A stretch of DNA of 64,000 nucleotides from Amoebophrya sp. A120 (Eukaryota; Protista; Dinoflagellata), in contig CAJINV010000007.1 of the NCBI GenBank assembly GCA_905178155.1, positions 4,584,917 through 4,648,916 of the forward strand, read 5' to 3'. Made by a program: the position numbers and the translations under genes. The notes beneath the pieces were generated by a model that saw only the letters and a list, made by a program, of their open reading frames with translations, did no database searches and was not told where the DNA came from. Positions 23,801 to 35,814 of the stretch are shown here, in pieces (positions within the stretch are counted from its first letter, which is position 1; every line of letters begins with the position of its first letter).

Positions 23801-26800
23801 GTCGTGCTGAAGCCATGTCGCTTACGTTGGACGTGCGGTTAACAGCAGAAAGCTGTGTGCTAGTCCCGTTACGTTTCGCAGAACCCGAGGAAGACGAAGA
23901 AGTGTAGTAGTTCTTCATCTGCTCATCATCTTGATCTTGGGTACGTAACACATCTTCCCCTTCCTCCAGCAAGGTCAGTCGATCACAGGTTTTTTTCAGT
24001 TGCAGATACGCGTGCATCTCCTCCAAGCCGGTGCCGTACTCCAGCAGGAACGAAAGCGCATCGACTAAGAGCATCAGGTCTTCTATCGCGATCGTTGTCA
24101 ACATCTCATCGGTAATAGCCTTCATCGCGTCGCTCAGCACAAGAACGTACTTCAACGCCGAGGTGACTTGTTTCAACGGATCAGAAGATTCGTCAGCATC
24201 TTCACAGCCGCTCTTGTTTCCCTTGTTTTTGTTGCGCGGCGCTCCCGCAACATGACAAACTTTCGGAAATGGGCACTCCCGGATCGTCACCAGCACTGCG
24301 TCAACCAATGCCGTGGCCCGCATCTGGGTTTCCGACCTGAACCGAGATGCACCTCGCTGATACGCCTCGGCTTCGCGCTGCACCCAGGCCTGGTCAAGCC
24401 AACGCTTGTGAATCTCCTGGTGAATGGCCAGCAGCCGACAGTCGCTCTCGAGGGTTCTCAGGCGCTCGCTGAACACGCGCGCGAAATCTTCCTGGTGTTG
24501 CACAGCGACGATCGTGGACGCAGCTGGGTCCGAGGGCGCAGCTGGCAGAACTTGCTTCTCGGTACGCTCTGCCTTGTTTTGATTCTCAAATTGATGAGTC
24601 ACTTGATGCTTCCGTTGGAAAACTTCTGCTGCTCGTGTTCGCGTCGTTTTGTCTGGCTGGAAAGAGGTCCCAGCTGAACTGTTCTGAATTCCCTGATCAC
24701 GATCCTCAATTGTAGTTGTCGTGTCTGCACTTAAACCAAGACCGAAGTGAGGATCGCAGGCAGCACACGCTCCTGTCGAAGAAGACAATTCCTCCTCTTC
24801 GTGAAAGCCACCAGCAACCTCTATGCCCAATCCAAATCTACCACCATCATGTCGCTCCTGCGAATCGTGAACGTGTCCCCCGCTAGATGTCAGCACGCCA
24901 GCAGTCAAACCCAGCGCAACGTACGGGGATCTGAGTTCTGCAACGGAATAAGATTGCGACTGAGGCTCGGCTGCTGGCCCCCGTGATATCGCGGTTGATT
25001 CAGATTCTCCCGGACCTCCGTCTTCAGCCCCTTGCTCTCCGACACTGAAATTAGCCGAATCGTCCGCGACGAACTCCACTGCATGCGTGAGTGGAAGGGA
25101 TAGTACGTGGCCAAAGAGGTTTCGCACGCACCGGAAGTCCTGGCGAATCGTCTCGCGCACGATTTGGAAATCGTTGCGAAAACGCTCAGCTATTTCCAAC
25201 AGGGAAAAATACGCCGCACCTTGCAGTTCCAAGTCAGGATCTTCCAGAGTTTCAGATTGATTAGGATTATCCTGTCGCCCCCCTCTGGAGAAAACTTGTT
25301 GTTCGCGGCCGTCTACTTCCTGCGAGGTCGTCGTGTCTTGCGCTGGTGGTCGTACAGCTTCTTGTTCCTGCTGCTCTTGCTGCAACTGCTCCTGCGCCGC
25401 ACTTCCACTTCTCGTAGCAGTTTGCTGCAGAGGAGTCCTCTGGGTCCTTTCCCGGGCTCCTGGCCGACCGTGTGCCTGATCGAACATCGGCCGTCCGCGC
25501 CATGGGAAATCGTCAAAAAAGTTGCTCAGGCCCTCTTGCGCGCTGCCTTGACCTTGTGAGCCCCAAGTCGTTTCTGCAACGAAGGAAGACCCCACCCATG
25601 GGCCGCCCAAGATTCCAGGTGCGCTGCCGCTGTAAGATGTGCTGCTGGCGAAAGGACCCCTGCTGTCGGGAGCCGTTGTGGTTCCAGCAGGAGCAGCTGC
25701 AGTGAAGGCCGCGTCTTCAGTCTCTCTCCTCGCAAGGCCGCTGCCACTCATTCCGCCTCTCGCTGCACTCGTCGGCGCAGCATCTTCAGGAGAAGAACCG
25801 ATGGTGCCACGATCACCTCCGCCGAAGAACCAGCTCCGCCCACTAGCACTGGCACCGAACCGGATGGGGTTGTCCGTGGGGAAAAAAGACGCCGCTGTTC
25901 TCGCTAAATACAGGCGCTCCCCCGGAGAGGGCGGCGATTCAACATCGCTGGCGTAGTCCGGCGCTAGCAGCCCGGTGGTCGTTCGGCCTCGACGTCCCCG
26001 AACCGCCCTCAGGTACGAAGAAAAGAACGAGGATAAGGTCCTTGTGCGAGGACTGCTGGGAGATAACGCAGTACTGGTTGTCGAGACCGAGCGCTGTTCC
26101 TGTTGCTCCATTGAACTCGAACTTCTTGAATCACGTATGAAAGCTCTACTTGTCGCCGATGAAGCTCCGGTAGGACGACGAGAAGCATCACTGCCAACTC
26201 GAATCCCCAATCTCCCAGCCACCCGGCGAAGCCGAGACGATATGCCCCAACCCACCCGGGTAGCGACAAACAGCGGGTGAAAATGCTCGAGGAAATCCTC
26301 CACCGTCTCCTCTTTGCCTTGTGGAATCGGGTGGCCGGCGTACCGCGGCGGATGCAAAGGGTTCCCGGGCTCGGCGGCCTGCAGGCAAATCGTGCATTCG
26401 CGGGGGTCATGATGCGGAGTTGTGTTGCGTGGGCGTGCGTACTTCTGTGATTGTGTTTTGCTGCATGTCGGTGATAAGGGACCCGACTGCGATGATAAGG
26501 GACCCGAGTCCGCAGTGCGGCTGTTCTTAGGGGGTTCCCTCGTTCTTTGTGAAGATGACGAAAAAACTGAAACCGTACTCTCTTCCAGAGGTGGCACAAC
26601 AACTTCTCGCCCGGTTGCAGCGTCGTCTCTTGGTGGGAAAAAAGCCAAAGGTAGATTCGAAACAGACGGGGGAGAGATACGGATCGTCTCCGTGGTGCTA
26701 GTAGACGGTTGTAGGTGTGGTTCTACTCCGTGGTGTCGCAACGCAGCTTCGTCTTCGCTTATTGCCCCACCATTGTCACTAACAGACGACGTCAGTACAG

Positions 26801-27227
26801 CTGGGTCACGACTGTGGGGCCTTGGCAACGCAATCGTCGAACGACGGCGGGGATTATTCCGTCGCCCGGTTCTAGTAGACGACTGGTCTTGGAGAGGTTG
26901 AGGACGAAGATTTTCGCGCTCCTGCGGAGAAGTGCTGGTACTATATGAAGTGGACGACGGTAAAACTGACAGTCTAGCATGTGAAGAATCGTCCAAAGCA
27001 GAAGTTGTAGTGTTTGGCGCCTCTGGAGGGGAGGGTCGTAAAGCGAGCACGACGAACGAAGCTAAGTGTGTTGACGTCCAAAACCAAATGCTCCGGAAGT
27101 GGAAAAGGCAACAAGATGAACTTGTGGAAGACCTCATGCGCTTAGCCATAATGGACAACGTGGTTACTAATTTAATGTTCGGACTCGCGAGGCACCGGGT
27201 GGGACTGGGATTTCGATTCCGTGACAA
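20835..27227 (-). CDS. Giant, mostly low-complexity protein (2130 aa) with split RING-like Cys/His motifs, paralog 1
   Basis: Single ORF. N-terminal ECTICLQ and C-terminal HPAYCVARNPKCNLLLHTECF...CPGC, plus a central helical block shared with the adjacent paralog. Confidence 0.8.
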   Translation of the reverse strand: MSRNRNPSPTRCLASPNIKLVTTLSIMAKRMRSSTSSSCCLFHFRSIWFWTSTHLASFVVLALRPSPPEAPNTTTSALDDSSHARLSVLPSSTSYSTSTSPQERENLRPQPLQDQSSTRTGRRNNPRRRSTIALPRPHSRDPAVLTSSVSDNGGAISEDEAALRHHGVEPHLQPSTSTTETIRISPPSVSNLPLAFFPPRDDAATGREVVVPPLEESTVSVFSSSSQRTREPPKNSRTADSGPLSSQSGPLSPTCSKTQSQKYARPRNTTPHHDPRECTICLQAAEPGNPLHPPRYAGHPIPQGKEETVEDFLEHFHPLFVATRVGWGISSRLRRVAGRLGIRVGSDASRRPTGASSATSRAFIRDSRSSSSMEQQEQRSVSTTSTALSPSSPRTRTLSSFFSSYLRAVRGRRGRTTTGLLAPDYASDVESPPSPGERLYLARTAASFFPTDNPIRFGASASGRSWFFGGGDRGTIGSSPEDAAPTSAARGGMSGSGLARRETEDAAFTAAAPAGTTTAPDSRGPFASSTSYSGSAPGILGGPWVGSSFVAETTWGSQGQGSAQEGLSNFFDDFPWRGRPMFDQAHGRPGARERTQRTPLQQTATRSGSAAQEQLQQEQQEQEAVRPPAQDTTTSQEVDGREQQVFSRGGRQDNPNQSETLEDPDLELQGAAYFSLLEIAERFRNDFQIVRETIRQDFRCVRNLFGHVLSLPLTHAVEFVADDSANFSVGEQGAEDGGPGESESTAISRGPAAEPQSQSYSVAELRSPYVALGLTAGVLTSSGGHVHDSQERHDGGRFGLGIEVAGGFHEEEELSSSTGACAACDPHFGLGLSADTTTTIEDRDQGIQNSSAGTSFQPDKTTRTRAAEVFQRKHQVTHQFENQNKAERTEKQVLPAAPSDPAASTIVAVQHQEDFARVFSERLRTLESDCRLLAIHQEIHKRWLDQAWVQREAEAYQRGASRFRSETQMRATALVDAVLVTIRECPFPKVCHVAGAPRNKNKGNKSGCEDADESSDPLKQVTSALKYVLVLSDAMKAITDEMLTTIAIEDLMLLVDALSFLLEYGTGLEEMHAYLQLKKTCDRLTLLEEGEDVLRTQDQDDEQMKNYYTSSSSSGSAKRNGTSTQLSAVNRTSNVSDMASARQQRDVVCEDIDVGAAILAEKEDDDDNSSTMGAASIMPPNQKYAGSASSHSVPAAEAVIPFLDQEAAIRQMALPRNKSVAIGSSQQASILRAEQSDPEGSQKVDQNYADAAAGSSSAPNNPHRSKRIEGRRQRDQARKDMELQIDLRDANKASRRQIERLLSFANARLWGSISSGQHVSTPADFESSRKKMLPTALDERTGIFPVQSLSRRNAGTEAASSVASIPAAPSTFEAGHLDAQGSAADMSSNSRPLGEDSETGGRAPEESSEMQSRAPREEKKEKASLLRRQRYDAFTGTSFPGARKMLVLDARNYQESEKLKLHLSTGGSCGSADGQQVRSSSLFNHEFPVVEIDEPVPVDEHSSLFFPSLSSQDQCREGPEAVNEQRPLQDQDLRRPEVGHRVINLDAEKTWRHLPGAQEGNSAFLARSRPPAAAPAPLDSRHGVFPDADMRDVSSPAAPLRPASPSSSLFANAASCSFSSSHLRLSSLERGAGSRSETSEVSCTSEVDGAPRHERQSSLERRELQQRGGGRMNSTSTAGENEEYRGELAGASTYFADRRPPTSGERLEAAASMTSYTGTISTGASSRNRQEGNRNRLNAEFVDGGTEQDHTVLHESEELRRRLFNDIFASAFVLDAASRAQMLRGSSRTDVDQGGRSVTAADEAPQGRRQLYAGEELRPASGTRNNDSEDAPDARLLASDEPLLRGQPSGPRTQLRPRVRTGRSCTCMNAYRHMLRALLSRLVSCTGSNASSATDNTRTRGNTAAPPASSHVVRGRHLRRLSTSSSRTSTWAVLDMEQLSPSDEDNDELSDADNFAAESRAHDHEEQEESPVVQSTGENIMAPPPVPTVVPTDDDLAPDRPPHPAYCVARNPKCNLLLHTECFEQYIRTTNRKRYVSVPPYVPTCFCAILFLECMPLPPTLVQVQCPGCCQWGPYDARMGARFPPAEKKTNVRSRWDQEAREQLQGRISSARRMPREGLRYFNLLGGDNS

Positions 27228-27968
27228 AATCTATCTACAAGCATAAATTTGCTTCGCACCGGAATAGCAACCGTGGTGAGCCGCTCTGTGCTTGTTCACA
27301 ACAAAAGACGGCCTTCGCAGAAAGAACCGACGAGAGAAATTAAACAAGCACCGGTACGCTTCCAAAACCTGAACACAAACTTCTGAATGAAAATCCTGAT
27401 GCACCACCTGCTCGTCATCGTTTAGAAAAATCAACAGATCTTCCAGATCTCCACTCACAAAAGTGCTTTGCAAACTTGAAGAACCAAAAACAAGAGCCGA
27501 GGCAATACAACTCATCGGCATCGTTTCACATCAAAAGATTAAAGGGCCTGTTTTTCTTCCTTTTCGCGGGCCGTTTTACTTTTATATCTGGCGGTGAAGT
27601 AGAATATCACCACCGGAAATCCGTCAAAATGCAGGCTAGCTTAAGCTTGTATTCTCAAAGGTAATGACTCATTTCGGAATTCTGTTTGTACGATGAATAC
27701 CAGAACGCACAATCGAATACTGCGCTGGTCTTCGAAACGCGTCAAAATTCAGTGCAAATGAGGTGAATTACTATGACAGTGCGAACGCATGTATTTTCTA
27801 CGGTATTCTAGAGTGACATAGAAACATGAAGCAGTGATCTGTTCTGATGTTCTGTGGAGCGGATGCAAGTATACAATGATCTGTTGAATGTCTGGAAACA
27901 AAAACCACATCAAAATATATTAATGTACTGGGTTTATTCCATCGGCAAACCCGTGAAATTAAGCCTTC

Positions 27969-30900
27969 TTACAGTCGCAAAGACTCTTGCCAGCTGCTCA
28001 AGCCACTCCCGGTCGAATCAGGCAGCGGTGCTGGTCGACTTCTTTGCCCCTTCGTAGGTCTTCGCTGTGCATCCCCAGCAGCACTTTCGTCACTACGTGG
28101 AAACTTCGCCCCCTGCCTCGGCTCATACGGGCCCCACTGGTAGCAGCCGGGGCACTGCACTTGGTTGATCGCCGGCGGTGGTATCATGCACTCTAGAAGC
28201 AAGATCGCGCAGAAGCACGGTGGGACATTCTTGTGGATGGAAACATAGCGTCTGCGGTTCGTTGTCTGTACGTACTTGTCAAAACACTCCTTGTGCAGCA
28301 GCAACTTGCATTTCGGGTTGCGCGCAACGCAAAACGCTGGGTGGAGAGGCTTGGTGATCGTAGTCCTCTTCGAGGTTTGCAAGAACAGATCCTCCTCGTG
28401 ATCTCCCGCGTGGTCGCCGCCTCCGCGTAATAAACTGAAGAAGCTGCTCTTCCGTTGCTGTTTCAAGGGCGTTGGCGGTCCTCCTGCTGCTGTAGGTCCT
28501 GATCCTGATCCTCCCGGCGATTGTTCAACATCGCTTTCAGAATCGTCCCCGTCCCTGCTTTGCTCTGCAAAGCGTGCATTCCTACTTCCTCCGGAAGTTG
28601 CAGAAGAGCCTCTCCTACCAAGAAGGCCGATTGCCTGGAACAAGCTTCTCAGGATGTGCCGGTACGCAGCTATGCAGGTGCAGGTTGTTGTTGTCGACGC
28701 CACTGTTCCCCCCCTAGTGTTGCTGTTGCGACGAAACAAATCTTCTGCTGGCCCACCTGCTGTTGAACCTCTTGAGGACCCACGACCTGTAGAAGTTTGT
28801 GGAGCAGTTGTTCGTCCCACTCTCGGCTGTTCGCGAAACGTGTCGTCTAGGATGTTTTCTGTGCTCGCCCGGGTCGACACTGAGGCGAAAGACCTGGTGC
28901 TTTCCTGTCGCGGCGCTAGAGCAGCTGCGGAGGTACGCAAGCCCCTGCTGGGGGAGAGCAGCGGTCGGTCCTCGAACCAAATGTCATCGTCCTCTTCTTC
29001 CGGCTCCACGACTGGGGAGACCTGAACCTCTGGTGCTGGTGGTGCATTATCTACCACATTAATATCATGATCTACTTCTCGCCGGTCGTGCTGTTCTCTC
29101 ACCGCAGCTTCGTCGTTTTCTCCATCCAAAAAGTCGTAGTCCGAATTGCGGTCCCACGAAATCCTGCGAGAAAAGTTGTCGCGGTCGCCATCTCCCTCGT
29201 TCGTTGGAAATGCATGAGCGGCAGGACTGTTGTTGGTCCTCGGGAGATTCATCTGAAGACGTCGATCTCTCGTCAACATATTAGCGCCCCCAACGTCTTC
29301 CGAGACCGGCGAAGACGGTGAGCCTACTTCTAGGCCGGGAGACGGTTCGCCAAAATCCGAGGGTCGTTCTGCCCGCCAGCACAGATATTGTCGTATTTCC
29401 GGAGAATAGGGCGACGACGGCGTATTTTGCGGTTGGTACGTCCCCGAGCCCGGGGTGGAAAAGCCGGAATCGACGCCTTGTCGTGCCGGTCGCCAATCCA
29501 TGGAACTGACATTCATGACACCATCGTCTTCCTGCCACACATTTGCTGGCGGCAATTCCCACGCTTCCGGCTCCGGGCGCCCGGGCTGCGCTGTACTACG
29601 GTTTGCTCGCAACGGGAAAAAATGCGAATTCGTTTCGGATTCGGTGTAATTACTCGTGCCCAACTGCGTCACGTCGATGACCGCTGGGGGCAAGCGAAAG
29701 GGAGCCTCTTCATCTACACCTTCGTTGAGATCTTGTAGTTCTTGTCTACTTTCCCGTGTGAAGATTCTGGCGTCCGCCTCGGAAGCCGCCATAGCGATGC
29801 CAGTGTCGTGGTAGAAGAGGTTTGATCTCATTCTCTCCCGCCTTTTTCGACCCCGAGAACGGGTTTCTTCCACTGAACTGGAGGAGAGAGAGCCACCTGT
29901 TCCGCCGCTCCCGCTGCTCGCATCTAACGGCTGTTCTTTTGTCTCCAATGCCGCTAGCTCGGCCTTGACCATTTGGCTGGAATTTGACAGCCTCTCGTTG
30001 GCGAAAAGCAGCACCCGTTTGATCTGCACCTTTGAAATCTCATTGGCGGCATGCAGGTGGTTGTGAAGATGTAGGTCCCGTGTCATCGCCTTATTCTCTT
30101 CAGCGACTGCTTCGTTGGCGCTCTGTAGTGCGCCAGCTGCTTCTCGCCGCGAAAATGATGGAACTTGCGCAGCAGCAGGAGCAGGATGCTGGTGCGAAAA
30201 ACTGCTAGAGCTGCTGCTGCTAGTAGTTGGCTTCTTCATCTCGTACTCGTTCTCGTGCGCGGCCCCGTCCTGCGCAAACAGCGGCAGAACTTCCGCTTTT
30301 TCACGAGCTAAAAGCCCCGTTTGGCAGCTCATCGTGGCACTGTGTCGTGGGTCTTCGGATGAACCGCTTGAGGCGCTAATGCCCGCGTTTTGAATATTGT
30401 GCTTGATGCTGCAAGGAGGCCCCTCCGCATGGGTTGAACCGGAAGCAGAACCACGCCCGGTAGAATTATGTGGAGGCTCCTCATCTTCCAAACAAACGAC
30501 AACTTCCTTCTCTTCTTCTCCAACACCAGGGCACTCGTCAGACGCGCCTGCGCCAAGAGAGCGGGTAGAAAAGCCCCGCTGGTCTTCAATTTTCTCCGTT
30601 TGATGGTTGTCCTCACCCGTAGAAGTTTTTGAAGGCTTCACTCCGTTCCTCCTTAGGTGCAAATACGCATGCATTTCCTCGAGGCAGTCACCGTATTCGA
30701 GTAAAAAGGTCAAGGAATCCACCAGCAAAACCAAGTCGTCGATGTCGATTGCCCGCAGCGTTTCGTCCGTGACCGTCGACATGACGTTACTTAACGCCAC
30801 CGAATATGAAATGCAAAAATGTGTGGGACTGGAAACTTGTGATGCAATTCAATCAATAACAAATGCACTGCAATGCGCCGCCAAGCATGACAAGTTGCTT

Positions 30901-33900
30901 CGTGCTTCTGTGCTGCGTATTCCGCATGAGAAAGTGCGTTTTTGCATGACAGGCGAGAGAGGCTGTTTTTGGCCATGCAATACAGATTTAAGGGCCATGC
31001 CAGATCAGCATGACAAATCTCGCAATCTTCTAGACCCAGACGTATTTTCATTTGATACCACCCAGGTTAACGCAGAAACGACCTGGGAGAATAGATCCTT
31101 CTTCGGATATTGTTGACCGCCTGATGTTACAACTACGGGTTCCTCCCCTTCATCATCAGATTTAGCGAAGGGATTTGTCCTCCTGCTCCTGCTAGTTGTG
31201 CCGCTAGCTGCAGCTGCTGTCACTGGATTACGACCTGCAGCTGCCATAGCATCGTCATCGGTATCGAACGGATTCGTGCTAACAAAGCTTGTTGCACCAG
31301 CGACGTTCTTAGGCTGTGATCCTCTTGCTTCAAATCGCCTTTCCTCCGGCGCTGCGGAGGAGGTGGTCTTACAACTATCTCCTACAGATGGAAAGGGGCA
31401 CGAACGGATGGCACTGAGTACGGCGTCAATCTCTGCTGTCGCATGCACCCGAGTGTCGCTCGGAAACGGCGGGCTGAACGATTCGTGCAATCTTCCTTGC
31501 AAAGACGCCTGGACTTCCGACTCGCCACTCAGGAGGTTCAGCAACCCCGACTTCGTGAATCGCTTCTCCATGTTCAGAGTGATGGCCAATAGCCGGTGGT
31601 CGGACTTTAGATTGTTTACTCGCTCAGAGAATAGTCGGTCAAAGTCCTCGATGATAGAAGCAGTAGCAGGCAAGACCCCGGCTGCTGCACAGTCAACTCG
31701 TAATAAGGCATCCTTAACCTTATCTTCCTCGTCCGTCCTTCTTTCATCCCGTTTCGGACAATTTTTCTGCGATTTTGTTTCTCCTGAGTCAGGTACTATC
31801 TTCATATCGTCCTCCTGCCGGGCACCCTCGAAGTCCACCTCGCAAGCACACCCTCCTAGCCTTTTCGCGGTGATACCGCAGGCGAGAGTACCACAGGAGG
31901 AACCACCAGCCGGAGGAGTAGAAGACCGAAGACGAGCTGCATCCGCCGACTGCTCCGATTGGTTATGATCCTGGTTAGCTCTGCTCTTCAGTCTCACTGG
32001 AGCCGGCTGTGCATCGGCTGCGCAAAACCGCTCCGACGCATCGGTGCTCAGTTGTTCGAACATTTCGGCCAGCTCCTCAAGATCTTCTTCCAAACCTCGC
32101 AGCTCATCCTCTACTTCTGCACGGCAGTCTCTTGTTCGTCCATCTTTGCTCTCGTCGGCCTTTATTCCCTTTTGATGTTGAGACACGTCGAGATGGCCTG
32201 CACCTGCTGCCTCTCTACTCGCACTACTGTGGTCTTGGTCAGCTCCCGCACTACAAACACTGTTCGTCGCACCGTGCATCTGCCTCGCTTCTTCTCGCGT
32301 AGACAGCAGGTAGTAATAGTGCAGAATCGCTTGCTCGTGACCTCGCCTTTGTTGACCAAATGCAGAAGCCGCGGCCAGGAGATCTTGGGGGCGCGGCGGA
32401 GAATCGTGTTCTGCGTCGGACCCAAGTAGAACTCGGTCTTTCCACTGCCAGCTGGGGCAACTACTGCTACTCGTGGTAGAATCGCCACTCTCCGTGCGTG
32501 GACGCTCATGACTACTTTGTGGGCCTGCGAGAAATTGTTCACGAAGCGTTGTCTGCTCCTGCCCGTGCAGATCCAATGACCCAGCATCATTTTCCCGATT
32601 GTAACTTCCATGAAGATCCTGATCCGCAACACCTCTTTGTTGACGTTGAGGCAGTACCGAAGTAGACTCGTGCTTTGTCATGATCGCCGGAGCCGAGTAG
32701 TACTGCCTAGCGTTGGACGATGAGGAGGCTGTCTGTTGCTCCAGTGCGAGATCTTGCTCGTCCCGCCGTGTACTACTAGTGTCTGACGTGGCAGTACCAG
32801 TAGGCGGTGGTTCACTTGCATCGTTTGTAGCTCGTCCCGCGTGTCGACGTCGTGTGCTTGCTTCATCCTGTATTCCGGTGTTTGTGCTGAAGATCGTGTC
32901 TGTTTGCTGTCGCACCACTTCTGCCTGAGACATCAAGAGCGGGTCCTCAGCGAATACGCGGTGCGAACGCGTAGTTCGACTTCTAAAAGCTGCAGACGTC
33001 GACGCTGATGAAGTGGTCGCAGCTCCTCCAGTCCCTCCCTGCGCAGCATTAAGGCTGTTTCCTGGCCGCGTGCCTTCAGTTGTTGTCGCACCAGACCTAT
33101 CTCCAGTGTTCCTTTCCCCCTGATTATTCTCTTCGGCAAGCGCCATGGCGAACACGGAGCCCAATTCTCCACCGGTCGCCACACCGGCGATCAGGCCCGC
33201 GGTGGTTAGGCCCAGGGGAGCAGACGCCGTTCGTCCTGCTGCACTATCCCGACGTTCTTCCGAAGACCTCCCAGCCGTTGACTGCCTCAAGGAATTCAGC
33301 AGTCCACCTTCTGCTGAGAAGTAGGGGACGCAGAGCAAGTTGCGCAAAGCGTCGGACACAGTGGCCAGATCGCTGCGGATCCCGGTTCGGATTACGTCGA
33401 AATCAGTTCGGAAGGAGTCCGCAATTTCCTCCAAACGGGATGGTCGTTCATCTTCGTCGTATTGCTGGGTGGGTCGCTGTAAATTGGCGGCTCGTGGTTG
33501 TGCTGCCGGACCTTCTCTGCTCCTTCCGGTACCACTCCACAGCTCCGACATCGACCAGCCGACCCAGGGGCCGAGGTAATTTCCTCTAGACCCCGTCCAC
33601 GTGTTTCCGCTCGCATCGGTGAATGTCCTGGTCTGGTCGTCATCGTCTGGCAGTGGTTCTTGAGCATTATTTTCTCGTCTACTGTAGTTTAGGTCCGCAA
33701 CAACTCGAGCACCGCTTCCATCCAGCTCGACCGCTGTGGCCGCGTCACTGGTGGTTTGCTCGTCCGGCTGCGCACCAGCAGAAGATGCAGATTGACTTCG
33801 TCCAGCTTGCCTTCGCAGACGACCAGCAGGGTTCGAGCTCCTACTTGCGCCGCCCAACGCCGCGATAGCAGCCACACCGGACGAGGCGGCCACGCTTCCT

Positions 33901-35327
33901 CCAAATGAATAACTCGGAGCGCCGGTCGAGTTGGTCGCTGCACCCAGCCACCTCTGCGCCCGGCTGACGGACGAGGGCAAGTATGTGCTACTGGCGTATC
34001 GTGAAGTTGTAGTAGGCTCCTGCGCAAGAAGAGGAAGGGTTGTAGCTGGAATTGTACTTCTGTCCCCGTATAATCTCCGTGTTCTCTGCCTCCGCGCCAG
34101 CGTGACTCCCAGAAACCGCTCCAGGGTCTGAGGTCGGCTCGTCGGGGAAACAGGAGCAGGCAAGTCCTCCTCCCAGTCCGCTCCTGCAGTGGAGAACGGT
34201 CTTCGACCTGCCCTTGGAACGACGGTGGCTGCAGCCACAACTCTGGGCGTATCTACTTCCTCAGGATCAAAAAAGTTGGACAGTAAATTCGTTCGTCTTG
34301 ACCGCGAGGACCCCGTCCGACGAGATGCTGCTTGTGACTCGGTCACACGCCTGGCACGAGCTTCCCGACTCTGCGCGTACGTTTCCGCGAAGAACGGGTG
34401 AAACTGCTCTAGGAAATCTTGGACGCAGTCCTCCTTTTGCTGCGGCACCGGGTCGCCGGCGTACCAGGGGGTGTGGCAGGGGCGGCCCTCGTCGGCGCCT
34501 TCGCAGCAGATGGTGCATTCTAGCGGGTCAGGACGCTGACTTCCCATCAGGGTAGAAGATTTCTTATTCTTGCAGGAGCATAGTGAAGAAAACTTTGCTG
34601 GTGTTCCCTCAGCAAAAGTGCCGCTGGCGCTGCTCGCACTATGATCTAGTATTCCTCTTTGCTGGTCGTGCGGCGAATTGGAACGTCGACCGTGAAGATT
34701 TTTATTTCCTGTCCTTGGCCAAAAATTTTCCGAAAATCTAGTGCCGTCACTGTCTCGGTCTGGGCGTCGCGGACCCGAGGACGAAGCAGCCCCTGTTTCC
34801 GTATTCGGAAGTGATGTTCCATCATGATCATCGGAGGGCTGAAAATAATTTAGACGCGGTCTTGGAGGTGCAAGGAGAGGCTCGATTGAAATTCGCTGCT
34901 GCAGTACTTGTCCTGAATACGGATACTCATCCTCCTCGTCGCCAAAAAACTCTGTCGTGCTGGTTACCGCAGGATCCGAACTGTGTCGCGGCAAAGCTGA
35001 GGTGGCCGGTGGATACCGACGTATGCGGCGCAGGCGCTCGGCTTCCCGCTGGGCCTCCTCCGTCTGGCGAAGATGCTGTGCGGTGAGGTCCGACAAAGGC
35101 GCATCAGTTCGTGCTGCGTCACGTGGTCCTTGATGTCGGTTTAGGGCCCGGGCCGAAGCGAGCAACTGCAGCGACGAGCTCGGTGGACCGGATGCGCGGT
35201 GGAGTAGACCGAGGCAAATGTGGCGCTGATCGAGCGCGAAAAGTAGGTAAACTGCTTTCCAAAACGAGGAAACAAGCGGCCGCCACGATGATCTCCATCG
35301 CACAGGTGGGGCAGGACTAGCTGCCAT
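27969..35327 (-). CDS. Giant split-RING-like protein, paralog 2 (~2366 aa); introner at 30805-31057
   Basis: ORFs 31005..35327 and 27969..30800 join as SALTWV|VALSNVM, which aligns without gaps to SALKYVLVLSDAM of the intronless paralog. Confidence 0.8.
30805..31057. mobile_element. Introner family A, diverged (253 bp)
   Basis: TATGAAATGCAAAAATGTGTGGGACTGGAA...TTCTAGACCCAGACGTATTTTCATTTGATA; degenerate direct repeat CCGAA/CCACC. Confidence 0.85.
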
Positions 35328-35814
35328 TTTAGTTGTAGTGTATTGTTACCTTTGTCGTGAGTGCAACTTTGTCTTTCGCAAACAGAAATAATGCTGGGGA
35401 TTCATTGATATGCTCCTTGCAAACACTGAAACTACATGTAAATACATTCGAAACTACGTACATACTTTCGTTAAAAGCGGGTGATGCTAGAGACTATTGA
35501 CAAACGGCCGATTTCTACTCTACTGAGAAAACGCCACCAAAAAAGACTTCGTCCTGAAGATATTCTTGCAACGCCACCGTTATTCGCCCAAAATTCTCTT
35601 CATTGCGAAAAACACATGATGCGTTCGAAGTCGATCTAAGACTCCAACGACTGCGCACGCGACGGGATCTTCCACGTTTTCTTTTCGACTGACAAAAACG
35701 GCGGAATGCAATAGGCCGAATACGGCATAGAAGATCATCATGAGACCAAAAAGAAACAGAAACAGATTTATGATCATACAGTCACGTGGCCTGCCTCTGG
35801 AACAGCGCTGAAGC

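Noticed and set aside
30797-30804. Using the perfect CCACC repeat 3 bp further out as the TSD of the 30805 element (8-nt skip)
   Set aside because: It would delete one residue relative to the intronless paralog, whereas the 5-nt rule gives a gap-free alignment.
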